The notes below the pieces were generated by a model. That model did not search any database. It was not told where the DNA came from and worked only from the letters and a program-made list of their open reading frames with translations. A stretch of 64,000 bases of DNA from Sarea resinae (taxonomy: Eukaryota): contig JAPEUD010000011.1 of assembly GCA_026026165.1 (NCBI GenBank), positions 310,001-374,000 on the forward strand. Reading direction: 5' to 3'. Both the position numbers and the translations under genes were made by a program. Shown in pieces: positions 12,081-22,613 of the stretch. Position 1 is the stretch's first letter; each line of letters starts with the position of its first letter.

Positions 12081-12990
12081 GCTGTGTGTTCGGGGTGGTG
12101 ATAGAGAGAGGCAGGGCAATGACAGACAGCAATCGCCGAGAACAATTGACAGTGAGAGGGATGAGGTCCGGTCAATGGCACAGGTGGAGGGGCTGCTTCA
12201 CGATAAGTAATGCAGAAAAAACGGAATACTACGTAGTAGATCTGCCTCTGGACGACTCCATGGGCGCCGTTGGGACCGTGTTCCACCGCATCCACGACTG
12301 ACCCGGTGACCGCATCGGCGGCCGAGATCCCGCCAATGGGGGCAACGGGTCCATGGCCATGTTCGGGGGAGATTTCGCCGTGGCCTTGCCTGTCCGAGTA
12401 ACGAGCTCGAGGGCGGTTCTCTCTAGGCGCGGGCTCGCAGACAGTCGGCCAGCGTGACGGTGCTTAATGCAGCAATTAATATGGATCATGGCGGGGTACT
12501 GCTCGTTAGCAGAGTACATGGGGGGATTCGATGCGAATAGGTGGGGTCGGGTCGGCATCTGCCCTGCACGGCATTATTGGGCCACTCCGGATCCATTCCT
12601 CCACTGCGATCGACTCGAGATGGCGGAAGTCCGCAAAGAGAAAGTCCTCGAGTAACCTAGGTAGCTGGAGCCCTGCCTTTGTATCGAAGAGCGGGACAGC
12701 ACTTGGGGCTTGCTTTGGTGCGGACAGAGTGCACGGCTTTGATCGAAGTCGATACGTGTGACGAGGTACGAGGTAGAGTAGGTAGTGCCATGTACGAATA
12801 CTATGAAGTACGTCGTCGACGGCAGACGAAGGGATGTGCGGTAGGGCTACCGCATGGATGCGCATTCAGCCTAAAGTCTGCCCGTGCCCTAACCTTCGTT
12901 TCCCTCCCCATCTCATCATCCATGGGCATCGTCGTGCCTAGATCGTTTGGATGCTGGATCATTGCGGAGCGTAGCACGACCACGGAACAT

Positions 12991-13036
12991 GTCGCAGGTC
13001 GCAGGTCGCATGTCGCATGTCGCATGTCGCATGTCG
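12991..13036. repeat. heptamer tandem array GTCGCA(G/T) x6
   Basis: Read directly; lies in the divergent region between lad1 and the LOV-like gene. Confidence 0.9.
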
Positions 13037-13747
13037 TCTGAGGATGGAACGCACCTTTACGATGTATCCGTGGCAGACAACCTGTGCGACTCCCGTGTCT
13101 CGTGCCACCGAAGATTTCCATGTGATATGTTCTACGGCGTCGTATCGGATGCCTTGGGTGCGCGACATCTCTGTCCGAATTGGTAATCATCTATTTTCTT
13201 GATTCGCAGACGGCAGAGGCCAGTGGCCAGAGCCACGGCAGGGGAATAAGGGCGACTCTACCTACTAGATCCCTGTCCATCCTACCTCGTCGTCGATATC
13301 GTCGTCGGATGTCTACGAGTAGATCATCTTGATACTAGATCACTGCTCATCATGGAACGGCTGCGTGTTACTTGCTTCTCGCTGTTGCACTTACCATTTC
13401 TGACCTTGGGTATCATATCTGCGCGCATTGCTATCGTGCCACTGTTCAATGGAATCAAAGAAATGCGGAGGCTGTCTGCAATGCTTGGCTTGTTTTCATT
13501 GTCGCCGGAACCAAAGCACTAGCCCCATGAAACAGGATGCAACTCATGAACAGAGAATTGAACACAACATCCACGGCCGACGAGTGACTCTGCTGGCCTT
13601 ATAAAGAACTCGATGTCGCTGCCGAAAGGCAAATCTTTGCAATAACTACCGTTGACCTCTTCATAATCTTACAAATCTTATGTCTTTCCGGGAATCTCAC
13701 TACACGGAAAATATATAACTCGTTCCGAAAACGAGAAACATTGAAAA

Positions 13748-15370
13748 ATGGCTGAGCGTGGTAGAAAGACTAAAGTAGTGGATTGTCCCTATACTATACC
13801 CAGGCGGACCTCTTCCCTCAGATTGGGAAAAAAGAAGTCGCCCAGTTCATATGTCGAATCGTCTCTGCCACCTAAACCCAGAAGGAAGGTGGGGGGTTTC
13901 CAAGAACCCTCCAAGGCAGTCCAGCGGCTGTCCCGTTTCGATCCTGGCGCTCGTCCTGATTCCCCTACGCTTGGATTAGCCAAGTTGTTCTCTCGAATTG
14001 CTGTGCCGCGTGTTCTGGCGCGTCCACCTCCGTGTGTGATTTATGCCACTGTTAAGAACATTGCTGGCCTTCCAAAGCAAAGGCCCGCTCTGAGGAAGGT
14101 CTCAGGTAACGCCAGACTGCGAGATGTATCAGGCCCTTTTACGGCTAATTTCAGGCGGGGATCCCAGTGTGGTCAGGCTCGCGACAACTCGACTTCAAGG
14201 CATCGTAAGAATTTGGACGAATTCTCTACGGTCAGTCAACCCTCCCTAGACTCCCCACTGACCCAACTAGAAAACAACTTCAAGCTCGTCGACTTGTGGC
14301 TAGCCCAAGCCGTTCACGAAGAAGCGCAGCGAGAAACCGATCTTCTTCTAGAGCTAGTCGGCGACGCAACATACCGACTGCTTGGACCACACGCCAGTGC
14401 TGATCCACTCCAAGCTTTGGATTTCAGTGCCGTCCAAGCAGCCGTAGACTTCAGAATCTCTTCGAGCGATGGCGGGTTGATGAACGCAAATTTCTTTGGT
14501 AAAGCCGAAAATGCCAGAAAAACTCTACCAAACATCTTCCGATCTGTCTCGGTCTCTGACCCCCGGGATCGAGACAATCCCGTCAAGCTCGTGTCTGGAA
14601 AGATATCTGCAGTCCCAGAGCAGGAGACCCTCCTCTTCCGAAGCTCTTCTGGTGACATGCTAGAAAGTTGTCTTCTGCTGGTCAATCATGCTGCGAAAGG
14701 CGGACTTGGCTATACGCTAGCTTTCACCAACAGTCTAGTTTCTCAAGACGACGGACGCATAGTACACGTCCTTACCTCGGACATTGACATTACTCACTAT
14801 CTCAGACACGGGGTCATTGACGATATTCTAGGTCTCAACGTCAACGCAACTGGTGAATCGCCCAACGGGCATGAGGCAGGAAGTGATATTTACCAGGGAA
14901 ACCGGCATTCGGCTTATTCAATCGACTGGCTCGAGGTTGCCAACGAAGAGAAGTTGAAGACTCGCCAACAAGGTCATAGCAGCTCTTCTTGTGCGAACTC
15001 CTCGCAAAAAGCTGTCCCTCTTCTAGGAGAGAACTCGGAGCTGGCACTGTTGATCCGGCAGATCAAGGTCTTGTACAAGGACTATTTCGTTCTCTGTCCC
15101 TCTGACGAAAGCGGATGCTTCGAGATCTCATATATATCGCCTGCCACATTCCAGAGTGGCGATCACGTGGACGGTCACCTGCGGCACACATCGCCCGAGG
15201 TAATCCATCAAATCGGCGAGTGCATGGCCAGACGTGAAGACGCCGTGTTCAAGATCAGATGGGGTCCCCTGGGAGATGATAAGTGGATGTATTGCACGCA
15301 ATTGTTGGGTTCTGGGCCAGAGTGCTGGCTATGCATCCTGACCGATACGGTGTCTCCTTGTTTCTGGTAG
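13748..15370 (+). CDS. degenerate LOV/PAS-domain protein resembling fungal RGS-LOV-DUF proteins
   Basis: 540-aa intronless ORF. SVSDPRDRDNPVKLVS and LLVNH..DGRIVHVLTSDIDIT resemble the first and last strands of LOV domains. C-terminal YKDYFVL..ISYISP..KIRW..KWMYCTQL..WLCILTD resembles the C-terminal domain of RGS-LOV proteins. No GxNCRFLQ. Confidence 0.65.
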   Translation: MAERGRKTKVVDCPYTIPRRTSSLRLGKKKSPSSYVESSLPPKPRRKVGGFQEPSKAVQRLSRFDPGARPDSPTLGLAKLFSRIAVPRVLARPPPCVIYATVKNIAGLPKQRPALRKVSGNARLRDVSGPFTANFRRGSQCGQARDNSTSRHRKNLDEFSTVSQPSLDSPLTQLENNFKLVDLWLAQAVHEEAQRETDLLLELVGDATYRLLGPHASADPLQALDFSAVQAAVDFRISSSDGGLMNANFFGKAENARKTLPNIFRSVSVSDPRDRDNPVKLVSGKISAVPEQETLLFRSSSGDMLESCLLLVNHAAKGGLGYTLAFTNSLVSQDDGRIVHVLTSDIDITHYLRHGVIDDILGLNVNATGESPNGHEAGSDIYQGNRHSAYSIDWLEVANEEKLKTRQQGHSSSSCANSSQKAVPLLGENSELALLIRQIKVLYKDYFVLCPSDESGCFEISYISPATFQSGDHVDGHLRHTSPEVIHQIGECMARREDAVFKIRWGPLGDDKWMYCTQLLGSGPECWLCILTDTVSPCFW

Positions 15371-15729
15371 TGAGAGAATGTATCCATAGAATTTTTGGAA
15401 TGTCCCTATCTCCCTATTGTAATTCTTTCTCATGCCCGAGATCACGATCGTTGCTCGTCCATTATGGGCAAACTGAATGTCCTCCGTGTCGAAAGGGGAG
15501 CAGTCGAACGCAGGAACGGAGGCTGCTGAGTCAACCAATCAAAAAGCGAGCCACCTCGCCAAGCACTTTCTTGCCGGAGCAGGGCTCGCTCACATCCTCA
15601 TCTTCCCGCATCAGAACTGAACGACTCTCGTTGACTTCAATCTCCGGGCCAATTGATCCTCCATCTCCACTCATCCTTTCCATCCCTTCTTCCCTTCCTC
15701 TCGTTGCGCTTCCCGCCACATCTGCTGCA

Positions 15730-16627
15730 ATGTCTCTGTCTGTTTCCCGCGTCGCCATGCGACACACCCAGTCGGCCTTCGGACGGGTTGCCGTCCGAAA
15801 CGCCTCGACCACCACCGAGACCGCTCAGGCAGCATCCCAAGGAGCTGCCAAGGCACAAGCAACAGCATCGTCGGCGGCATCAAAAGCATCGGAGGGTTTC
15901 TCGAAAGTCACAGCTGCAGCTGGTCCTGCGATTACCGGCGCTGCAAAGGGCCTGACCACCGCTCTCGGACGTGTCGGCGGTCGCACTGGGCGGTTCATCA
16001 ATTTTGCTCAATGTGAGTTGTTGAAAATGGCTGTCTCGAGAATTCAATCTTGGTCTTGAACGGATCATTGGGTCGCCCTTGGCGATTTGAACATCACCGT
16101 GGAGAGCTTGACTCTGGTCTTGAAGCCGTGTCTGGATCTTCCACGACTGTTCTCTATATTTCACAATTCCATCCTTCTGGGAAGCACATACTGACCACTT
16201 CTTCTTCAACCAGCTCTGGTTCCACCTACCATCTACTATTCCAAGGTTGGCTTGGAGCTTTCCAAGCTCGTCTTCGAGTCCCGCAAAATGAGCCCTCCGT
16301 AAGCCCTTCCTGAGGCCTCCACACGCGATGTATTGCTTCTACACTACTAACGCACTTGGATATAGCTCGATTGCCACCTTCCAGACCTACCTAGAACCCC
16401 TTACGAAAGCCCTCAAGCACCCCGCCAACTTTTTCACCTACTTCACTACAACCACCGGCACGCTCCAGCCCACGAACGTGCTACAGCAGGTTCGGAACTT
16501 GAACAAGCAGCAACTGGCCAGTGCCGGCGTTGTTGCCGCTGAGGTCGTTGGTTTCTTCACCGTGGGTGAGATGTTGGGCAGAATGAAGGTGGTGGGATAC
16601 CGAGGCGACACTGGAGCACACCACTGA
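15730..16627 (+). CDS. ATP20: mitochondrial ATP synthase subunit g, 3 exons
   Basis: Introns 16013-16213 and 16299-16365 give LVPPTIYYSKVGLELSKLVF..KMSPPS..AEVVGFFTVGEMLGRMKVVGY; Arg/Ser/Ala-rich presequence. Confidence 0.93.
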
Positions 16628-16845
16628 GGGAAGGTTGTTGAAGGGGGGAGGGGAGAGGAGCGGAAGATGGGTACGGTGCATGTCTGCACGGTGGATGATG
16701 GAGACTGACAGGCCGGCGGAACGGAAACCAGGGCGAACAGCGACTCCGTGCAGTTCCCAATTGTACCGGCTGCATATACTTTGCCATTAGACACGGTGTA
16801 TCATTGTAGAATAAAACAGATAGCAGCAACATTATTCGATATCTT

Positions 16846-16854
16846 CTCATCTCA
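16846..16854 (-). promoter_or_regulatory. possible PAC-like element (TGAGATGAG) upstream of ROK1
   Basis: Matches the yeast PAC consensus, about 270 bp upstream of a ribosome-biogenesis gene. Single short match, could be chance. Confidence 0.25.
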
Positions 16855-17126
16855 CGCAATTGAGTTGCGGACAGCTTGATACTGTAGAGCGGTAAAGGCG
16901 GAAGGCGAAAGAAAATGCGTGCTTCAGTGTACAGAGTGCTTTGTACATTGTGTGCATCGGTAGAGCTATGGAACTTGCCGTCATGCGTAGAAATGCTTCA
17001 AACAAATACTTTCCACCAAGAAACATTTGCCCGCGTAAAGAGAAATTAAAGTCTTTTCGCAATGGCTTCCAACGGCAGGAAATAGAAGTCGGTTCTGCAA
17101 AGAGCCCAAGAGATTATTGGAGCATC

Positions 17127-19667
17127 ATGGACGCATTCAGAATATTGTCAAGATCGACAAATTTCAACAGAGCTGGCGCTGCTAACGCGAAGCCATCTGC
17201 GCAAAAAACGCCCTCAACTGGTGCAGCTGTCAATCCGCAACTTTTTGGCCATGATGAAGATCTTACCAGTTCTACCAAAGTGAAAAACGGCGCAGAGAGT
17301 AAACGCAAGCGGAAGAGAGGCCAGGATGATCTTTCAGCGCCCTCAGCCCAGATTCCTGAAGAGCTAGACTTCTTCGGCGATCGGAAGCATTCTACGAAGA
17401 AGCCTGGTCCGGTAGAAAAGTCAAACGGCGAGCAAAATCATTCGCACACGCAAAAACCTCCAGAAGAGAGGGACCTGCAAAATGGCGACTCCGGTAGGCT
17501 GGAAGAGGAGGACTGCAAAAGGATCCTGAGGGCACATAAACTCAAGGTTACTCTGCTCAGTTCTGGGCAAGAAGAGGAGACGCGCAAGGCGTCCAAGGAT
17601 CGAAAGAAAAAGAAGCACAAGAAGGAGGCTAAGAAGGAGTCGGCCTCGGCCAAGAAAAGCAGCGTCCAGCTTTATCCTCAACCTTTGACATCTTTTAGCC
17701 AGCTTCGCACCCGGTACAGAATATCGAAGAGACTGGCCGAGAATATAGTCGCGCAAGGTTATACCGTACCTACAGAAGTCCAGCTCGGCACTCTGCCGTT
17801 ACTGCTTGCGTCTGATGGCGGGTTCTCGAGGGACTCGGCCGAGCAGGCTCCGAGAACGAATACGAATATCGACTTGCTTACGGTGGCTCCTACGGGCAGT
17901 GGAAAGACCTTGGCTTTTCTGATTCCGGTGCTGAACGCTCTTCTACGTGACAAGCGATCAGAAACTCCTCAGGGATCCAAGGCCGATGGGCAGAGCCAAA
18001 CGGAGCAAGGGGTCAAGGCTATCGTTATCGTTCCAACAAAGGAATTGGCCGGCCAGATTGTCAACGAAGGCAGAAAGCTAGCTTTAGGGACAGGAATCAA
18101 GGTCTCTCTCATGCGTAAAGGCATGCGAATATTAGCAAATGTGGAAGATCAGGACCATTCGGAGCAGGAGGAAGACTCTAATGAGTCGGAAGCAGAAGAC
18201 GCCAAGAACACCACGAATGGCTCGAGGTCAAAGCCTGTTACAAAAGCCGATATTCTCGTCACCACGCCTCTAAACCTTCTCCATGCCATCACGAACAGCG
18301 CAACTTCCACAGCCTTGCCGATGCCCTCGGTGCGATATCTCATCCTCGACGAGGCAGACGTCCTCCTCGATCCGCTCTTCAAAGACCAGACGCTCGGCAT
18401 CTGGAACGCCTGCGTCAACCCTTCTCTCCGGGTGAGTCTCTGGTCGGCAACGATGGGCTCGAACATTGAGACTCTTGCCCAATCCACCATTCAATCGCGC
18501 CACGAATCCCTCCTCGCGCCCAACGACGCCCCGGAATTAAGGTCTCAACTCATCCGCGTCGTGGTCGGCCTCAAGGACGCCGCCATCCCCAACATCTCGC
18601 ACCGCCTGGTCTACGCCGCGACAGAACAAGGCAAACTACTCGCCCTGCGCCAACTCCTGCACCCGACCTCGCCGCTCTCCTCGTCCACAGGCAGCAAGGG
18701 GGGTGCGCAACCCACTCCAGCGCCAGTCCGCCTCCTCCCGCCCTTCCTGATCTTCACGCAGACGATCCCGCGCGCCATCGCCCTGCACGCCGAGCTGCTC
18801 TACGACATCCCGCCCGAAGCGGGCGGATCGACGCGTCTGGCGGTGCTGCACGCGTCGCTGTCTGCGGCAGCCCGCGACGCCATCATGGCGCGCTTCCGCG
18901 CCGGCGAGGTCTGGGTGCTCATCACGACGGACCTGCTGGCGCGCGGCGTCGACTTCCGCGGCCTCAACGGCGTCGTCAACTACGACATCCCGACGTCGAC
19001 GGCGGCCTACGTGCACCGGGTCGGGCGCACGGGCCGCGGTGGCCGCCAGGGCGGCGTCGCCGTCACCTTTTACACCAAGGAGGATATTCCCTTTGTCAGG
19101 GGCGTGGCGAATGTCATTGCTGCTAGCGAGAGATCGAGGTCCGGCGGCGGCGGCGGTGCTGACGGTAGTGTTGATGGTGGCGGTAATGGAGAAGCCACCG
19201 TCCAGCAATGGCTCCTGGACGCCCTCCCCACGCCCTCGAAACGCACCAAGAAGGATCTGAAACGCCGCGGTGTCGAGGCCCGCCGGCCGGCTCCAGTCAT
19301 ATCTACATCTACACATGCACATGCACACGCACACGCACATACCCACACCGGCACCAAGGACACGCACTCGGAACCCACAGCTACGGCCACATCTACAGCT
19401 GCACCAGCGGCGCGCGCCCGGGCCCAGGCCCGGGCCCGCATCAGCACGAAATCCGGCTTCGAGCGCCGGTTGGAGAATAAGCGCAGAGGTGCCGTCGAGG
19501 CCGCGCGAGAGCGAGGCCGAGGCCGCGCCGGAGGAGTACGCGCGAGAAAGCCCTCCGGCACCGGCGGTGCAAAGACCGGACACGGACGCGCAACCGATCT
19601 AGCTACGGCCATGGCTGAAAAAGGCGCGGGGGATCAAGTCGTCGAGTGGGACGGGTTCGACGACTAA
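17127..19667 (+). CDS. ROK1: DEAD-box RNA helicase Rok1 (DDX52)
   Basis: Start MDAFRILSRST; PQPL, PTEVQ, APTGSGKTLAF, PTKELA, LDEAD, WSAT, YAATEQGKLLALRQL, ARGVDF, YVHRVGRTGR. Confidence 0.93.
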   Translation: MDAFRILSRSTNFNRAGAANAKPSAQKTPSTGAAVNPQLFGHDEDLTSSTKVKNGAESKRKRKRGQDDLSAPSAQIPEELDFFGDRKHSTKKPGPVEKSNGEQNHSHTQKPPEERDLQNGDSGRLEEEDCKRILRAHKLKVTLLSSGQEEETRKASKDRKKKKHKKEAKKESASAKKSSVQLYPQPLTSFSQLRTRYRISKRLAENIVAQGYTVPTEVQLGTLPLLLASDGGFSRDSAEQAPRTNTNIDLLTVAPTGSGKTLAFLIPVLNALLRDKRSETPQGSKADGQSQTEQGVKAIVIVPTKELAGQIVNEGRKLALGTGIKVSLMRKGMRILANVEDQDHSEQEEDSNESEAEDAKNTTNGSRSKPVTKADILVTTPLNLLHAITNSATSTALPMPSVRYLILDEADVLLDPLFKDQTLGIWNACVNPSLRVSLWSATMGSNIETLAQSTIQSRHESLLAPNDAPELRSQLIRVVVGLKDAAIPNISHRLVYAATEQGKLLALRQLLHPTSPLSSSTGSKGGAQPTPAPVRLLPPFLIFTQTIPRAIALHAELLYDIPPEAGGSTRLAVLHASLSAAARDAIMARFRAGEVWVLITTDLLARGVDFRGLNGVVNYDIPTSTAAYVHRVGRTGRGGRQGGVAVTFYTKEDIPFVRGVANVIAASERSRSGGGGGADGSVDGGGNGEATVQQWLLDALPTPSKRTKKDLKRRGVEARRPAPVISTSTHAHAHAHAHTHTGTKDTHSEPTATATSTAAPAARARAQARARISTKSGFERRLENKRRGAVEAARERGRGRAGGVRARKPSGTGGAKTGHGRATDLATAMAEKGAGDQVVEWDGFDD

Positions 19668-20026
19668 GTGTATGGTCATGGTAATGGTAGTAAAGTGGGG
19701 GAAAAGAAAGATGCAAAGGAAGAGAAAGAACTCGGCTTTTTCTGTCTCGGCCTCATCTTTGTACGGACTATGAAGTATGAAGTGCGAGATATGAAGGACT
19801 TGCTGCTGAGGAGGGATAGAGAATTAGAGTAAATGCACTAAAGCGGAGAATGGATCAGATATCTTTGCTATTGATCTGTCCGATTAAAAGTGACACGAAA
19901 GATAAGACCAAAGAACATCGAACCCATTCCCCTCACTTTTCCCCAGCGAACATTTCTAGGAGATGTCGGTTTTGTTTTGTTTTGTTTTTTCCCCCAAAAC
20001 GTGATCCCGCTCCGTTCCCTCACCAC

Positions 20027-20027
<1 letters not shown>

Positions 20028-20068
<41 letters not shown>
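20028..20068 (+). repeat. poly-C tract (C41), followed by polypurine/polypyrimidine low-complexity DNA to ~20475
   Basis: Counted; lies between the convergent ROK1 and amidase 3' ends. Confidence 0.95.
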
Positions 20069-20069
<1 letters not shown>

Positions 20070-20483
20070 CGATCAATATCCAAAAAAACGGAAAGAGTTG
20101 ATACTTACCACCGCCTCCCTTCCTTCCTTCCTCCCTCTCTCTCTCTCACTGACTTGACAAGAGGTGCGTAGTACTAAGGAGAAGGCATCAGTCTTCCCAG
20201 AAGGGAAAAGAAAAAAGAGAGAGAAGAGAAGAGTTGGAGGGAGATAGCGATAGGAAGGGGCACGGAGAGGGAGATAGGGATGGAGATGGAGTTGAGGATA
20301 GAGGTGGAGATGGAGATGGAGATACGAGGAATGCTGTCTTACCAGACGCTTGGGAGATTGGGGGATGGATGAATACATGGATGGATGAATAAGAGGAGTG
20401 GATGGACGGAATCGAGAGAGAAAGAGAGAGGGAGAGAGAGGGAGGGAGAGTCAGAGGGAGAGTCGGAGAGAGAGGGGGCGCTT

Positions 20484-22613
20484 TCACAACTCCATCTCAT
20501 CCGCCGTATGTCTCTCCTCGACAGAGGCCTTGCCCGCCACACCACCAGCATCCCTCATTTTCTGCTCGGCTGCTTCGAAGACATCAACCCAGCTCCTCTT
20601 GCCCTGCGTCTCTGTGTCCGGTCTCTTTCTCCGCGGTCCGTCCGCCGCCGCCGCCGCCGCCGCCGCAGGTTGCACCTGATCGACACCACCGCCAGCACCA
20701 CCATTCAAGCGTCTCTCGGCCCACTTGCCCAGGCCCAACAACGACTCCTCGGTGCCCCACTCGCTCATGCCCATCATGCCGATAGGGATCTCGCCCTCAC
20801 CACAGCCGGCCGCAGGGGCCGCGTACCCAACCGGAAACGAAATAGCAGGACATCCGGAGAAATTGGCCAGGAAGACGTAGGCCATATTGGCGAGGCTGGT
20901 GTTGGCGTCGGAGACGCCGTGGGCGTCGGTGTCGGAGGGGCGGGCGCGCGGCCAGCCCGCGAGTGGCGTCGTCGGCGACATGATGATCAGGCCTGGGTGC
21001 GTCTGGAACAGGTGCGAGAGGTGCTGCATCAGGATGTTGCGGAGGCGTTGGGCGGAAAGGAGGTCGGCGGCCGAGGTGCGCGAGGAGACGGCGGTGAGGA
21101 CTTTGTTGGCGGGTGAGAGGCGCGGGAGCATGGTGCTGGGGTTGAGCGATGAGGAGATCTCGGCCAGGATGGTCATGGCGTGTGCGGTTTGGGCTTCGGG
21201 GAGCAGCGGCAGCGAGATCGGGACGACGGTGGACGCGTACGGTGTGTGGCTTTGGGTGAGGTAGTCGAGCGCCGCGTTGCAGTGGTGGAGGACCTGTGGG
21301 TCGGCGCGGTCGAACCAGGGCTGGTAGACGCCGAGGGGGATTTCGATGCGTGGTGTGGGCAGCTCGGGCGGGATGGTGATGGTGTCCGGCATGGACTCTG
21401 CTAGAACAGTGGAGATAGGTGGCGGGTGCGGGAAGAGAGAGGAGGTTGGGTGGGATGGGTCCGGAGTGGCAAGGATCCGGTAGGCGACGGCGAGGTCGAA
21501 CATGTTTGCTGCTAGGGGGCCGAGGACGCCGTTGCTGGGTGCCAGGGACGGTGTGGGAAGGCCGGATATGCGGCCGTGTGACGGCTTGAGGCCGTAGATG
21601 CCGGTAAAGGAGGCAGGGATGCGGATGGAGCCGCCGCCGTCGGCGCCCACGGCGATGGGGATCAGGCCTGTGGCGACGGCATATGCGGAACCGCCTGAAG
21701 AGCCGCCTGGGTAGTAGGAGAGGTTATGCGGGTTTGGTGGCGTGCCGTAGTGCGGGTTGTTGTTGGTTGTGTCTGGTGGAAATTAGAAAGAGAAAAAGAA
21801 AGTGGAAAAGGGTGGGAGTCACCAAGTCCAATCTCGTGCATGTTGAGTTTCCCAAGAATGACCACGCCCTGTTCTTGCCATTTCCTGACACACCAGCTTG
21901 TTGCCTCGGGGTCTTTACTTGTGAAATCGATGGCCGACCCTAGATGCTTCGAGTAGCCGGCCAGATCGACCTCGTCTTTGACACCTGTCGGCACGCCATC
22001 GAGCAGACCAATCGATTTCCCATCTCGGTACCGCTGCGTAGATGCCTCTGCTGCCTTCAACACCAGGTCTTCTCTCACCTCGATGAATGCGACCGAGTGC
22101 TGCCCTGGCGGTGAGGTATCTCGGCGAATAAGCGGGAGAAGAGCCTCCGCGACGGCCGTGGGAGTGAGTTTGCCGGACGTATAAGCCTCATGGAAGTCGT
22201 ACACAGAGTAGTATCGCCCTTCTGCGTGTTGAAGGGGCGGCAGTAGTGGAGAGTCGGAGCGCGGGTGTCCTAAGATGTCCTGGGAGGAGCTGGAGCCAGC
22301 AGCATTGGGTTCGAGGGGGATGACGGTTGGATCGAATCGGGGTTCGACGCCGTCGAGTTCCCTGATACTGCGAAGAGAATTGAAGCCGGCATTGTTGTAG
22401 AGGTACTGCTGAATGGGCCCAGCCCAGGATATTCTGTATGATGGTTTAGTACTCTGGGGGCTTGAGACTCGAACCCAGCGCTTACATGGATGCGCCTATG
22501 GATAATGGCCGACCTCGAATGACCGGATTTGACTTTGGATCGTTCACGTATGGCGTCTCAGGCCCTTCTTTGGATTCCGGATAGTTGTAAAAGGACACAA
22601 TTCGAGACGGCAT
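20484..22613 (-). CDS. amidase-signature family enzyme (FAAH/GatA-like), 3 exons
   Basis: Introns 22434-22485 and 21773-21822. Motifs [10 protein letters not shown] (catalytic Lys), [37 protein letters not shown]. Confidence 0.9.

Noticed and set aside
9345..15370. Possible pentose-catabolism gene cluster around lad1
   Set aside because: The neighbours are not recognisable pentose-pathway enzymes, transporters or regulators.
16941..17126. 62-aa upstream extension of ROK1 in the ORF track
   Set aside because: The typical Rok1 N-terminus (MDAFRILSRST) begins at 17127 and the extension is not protein-like.
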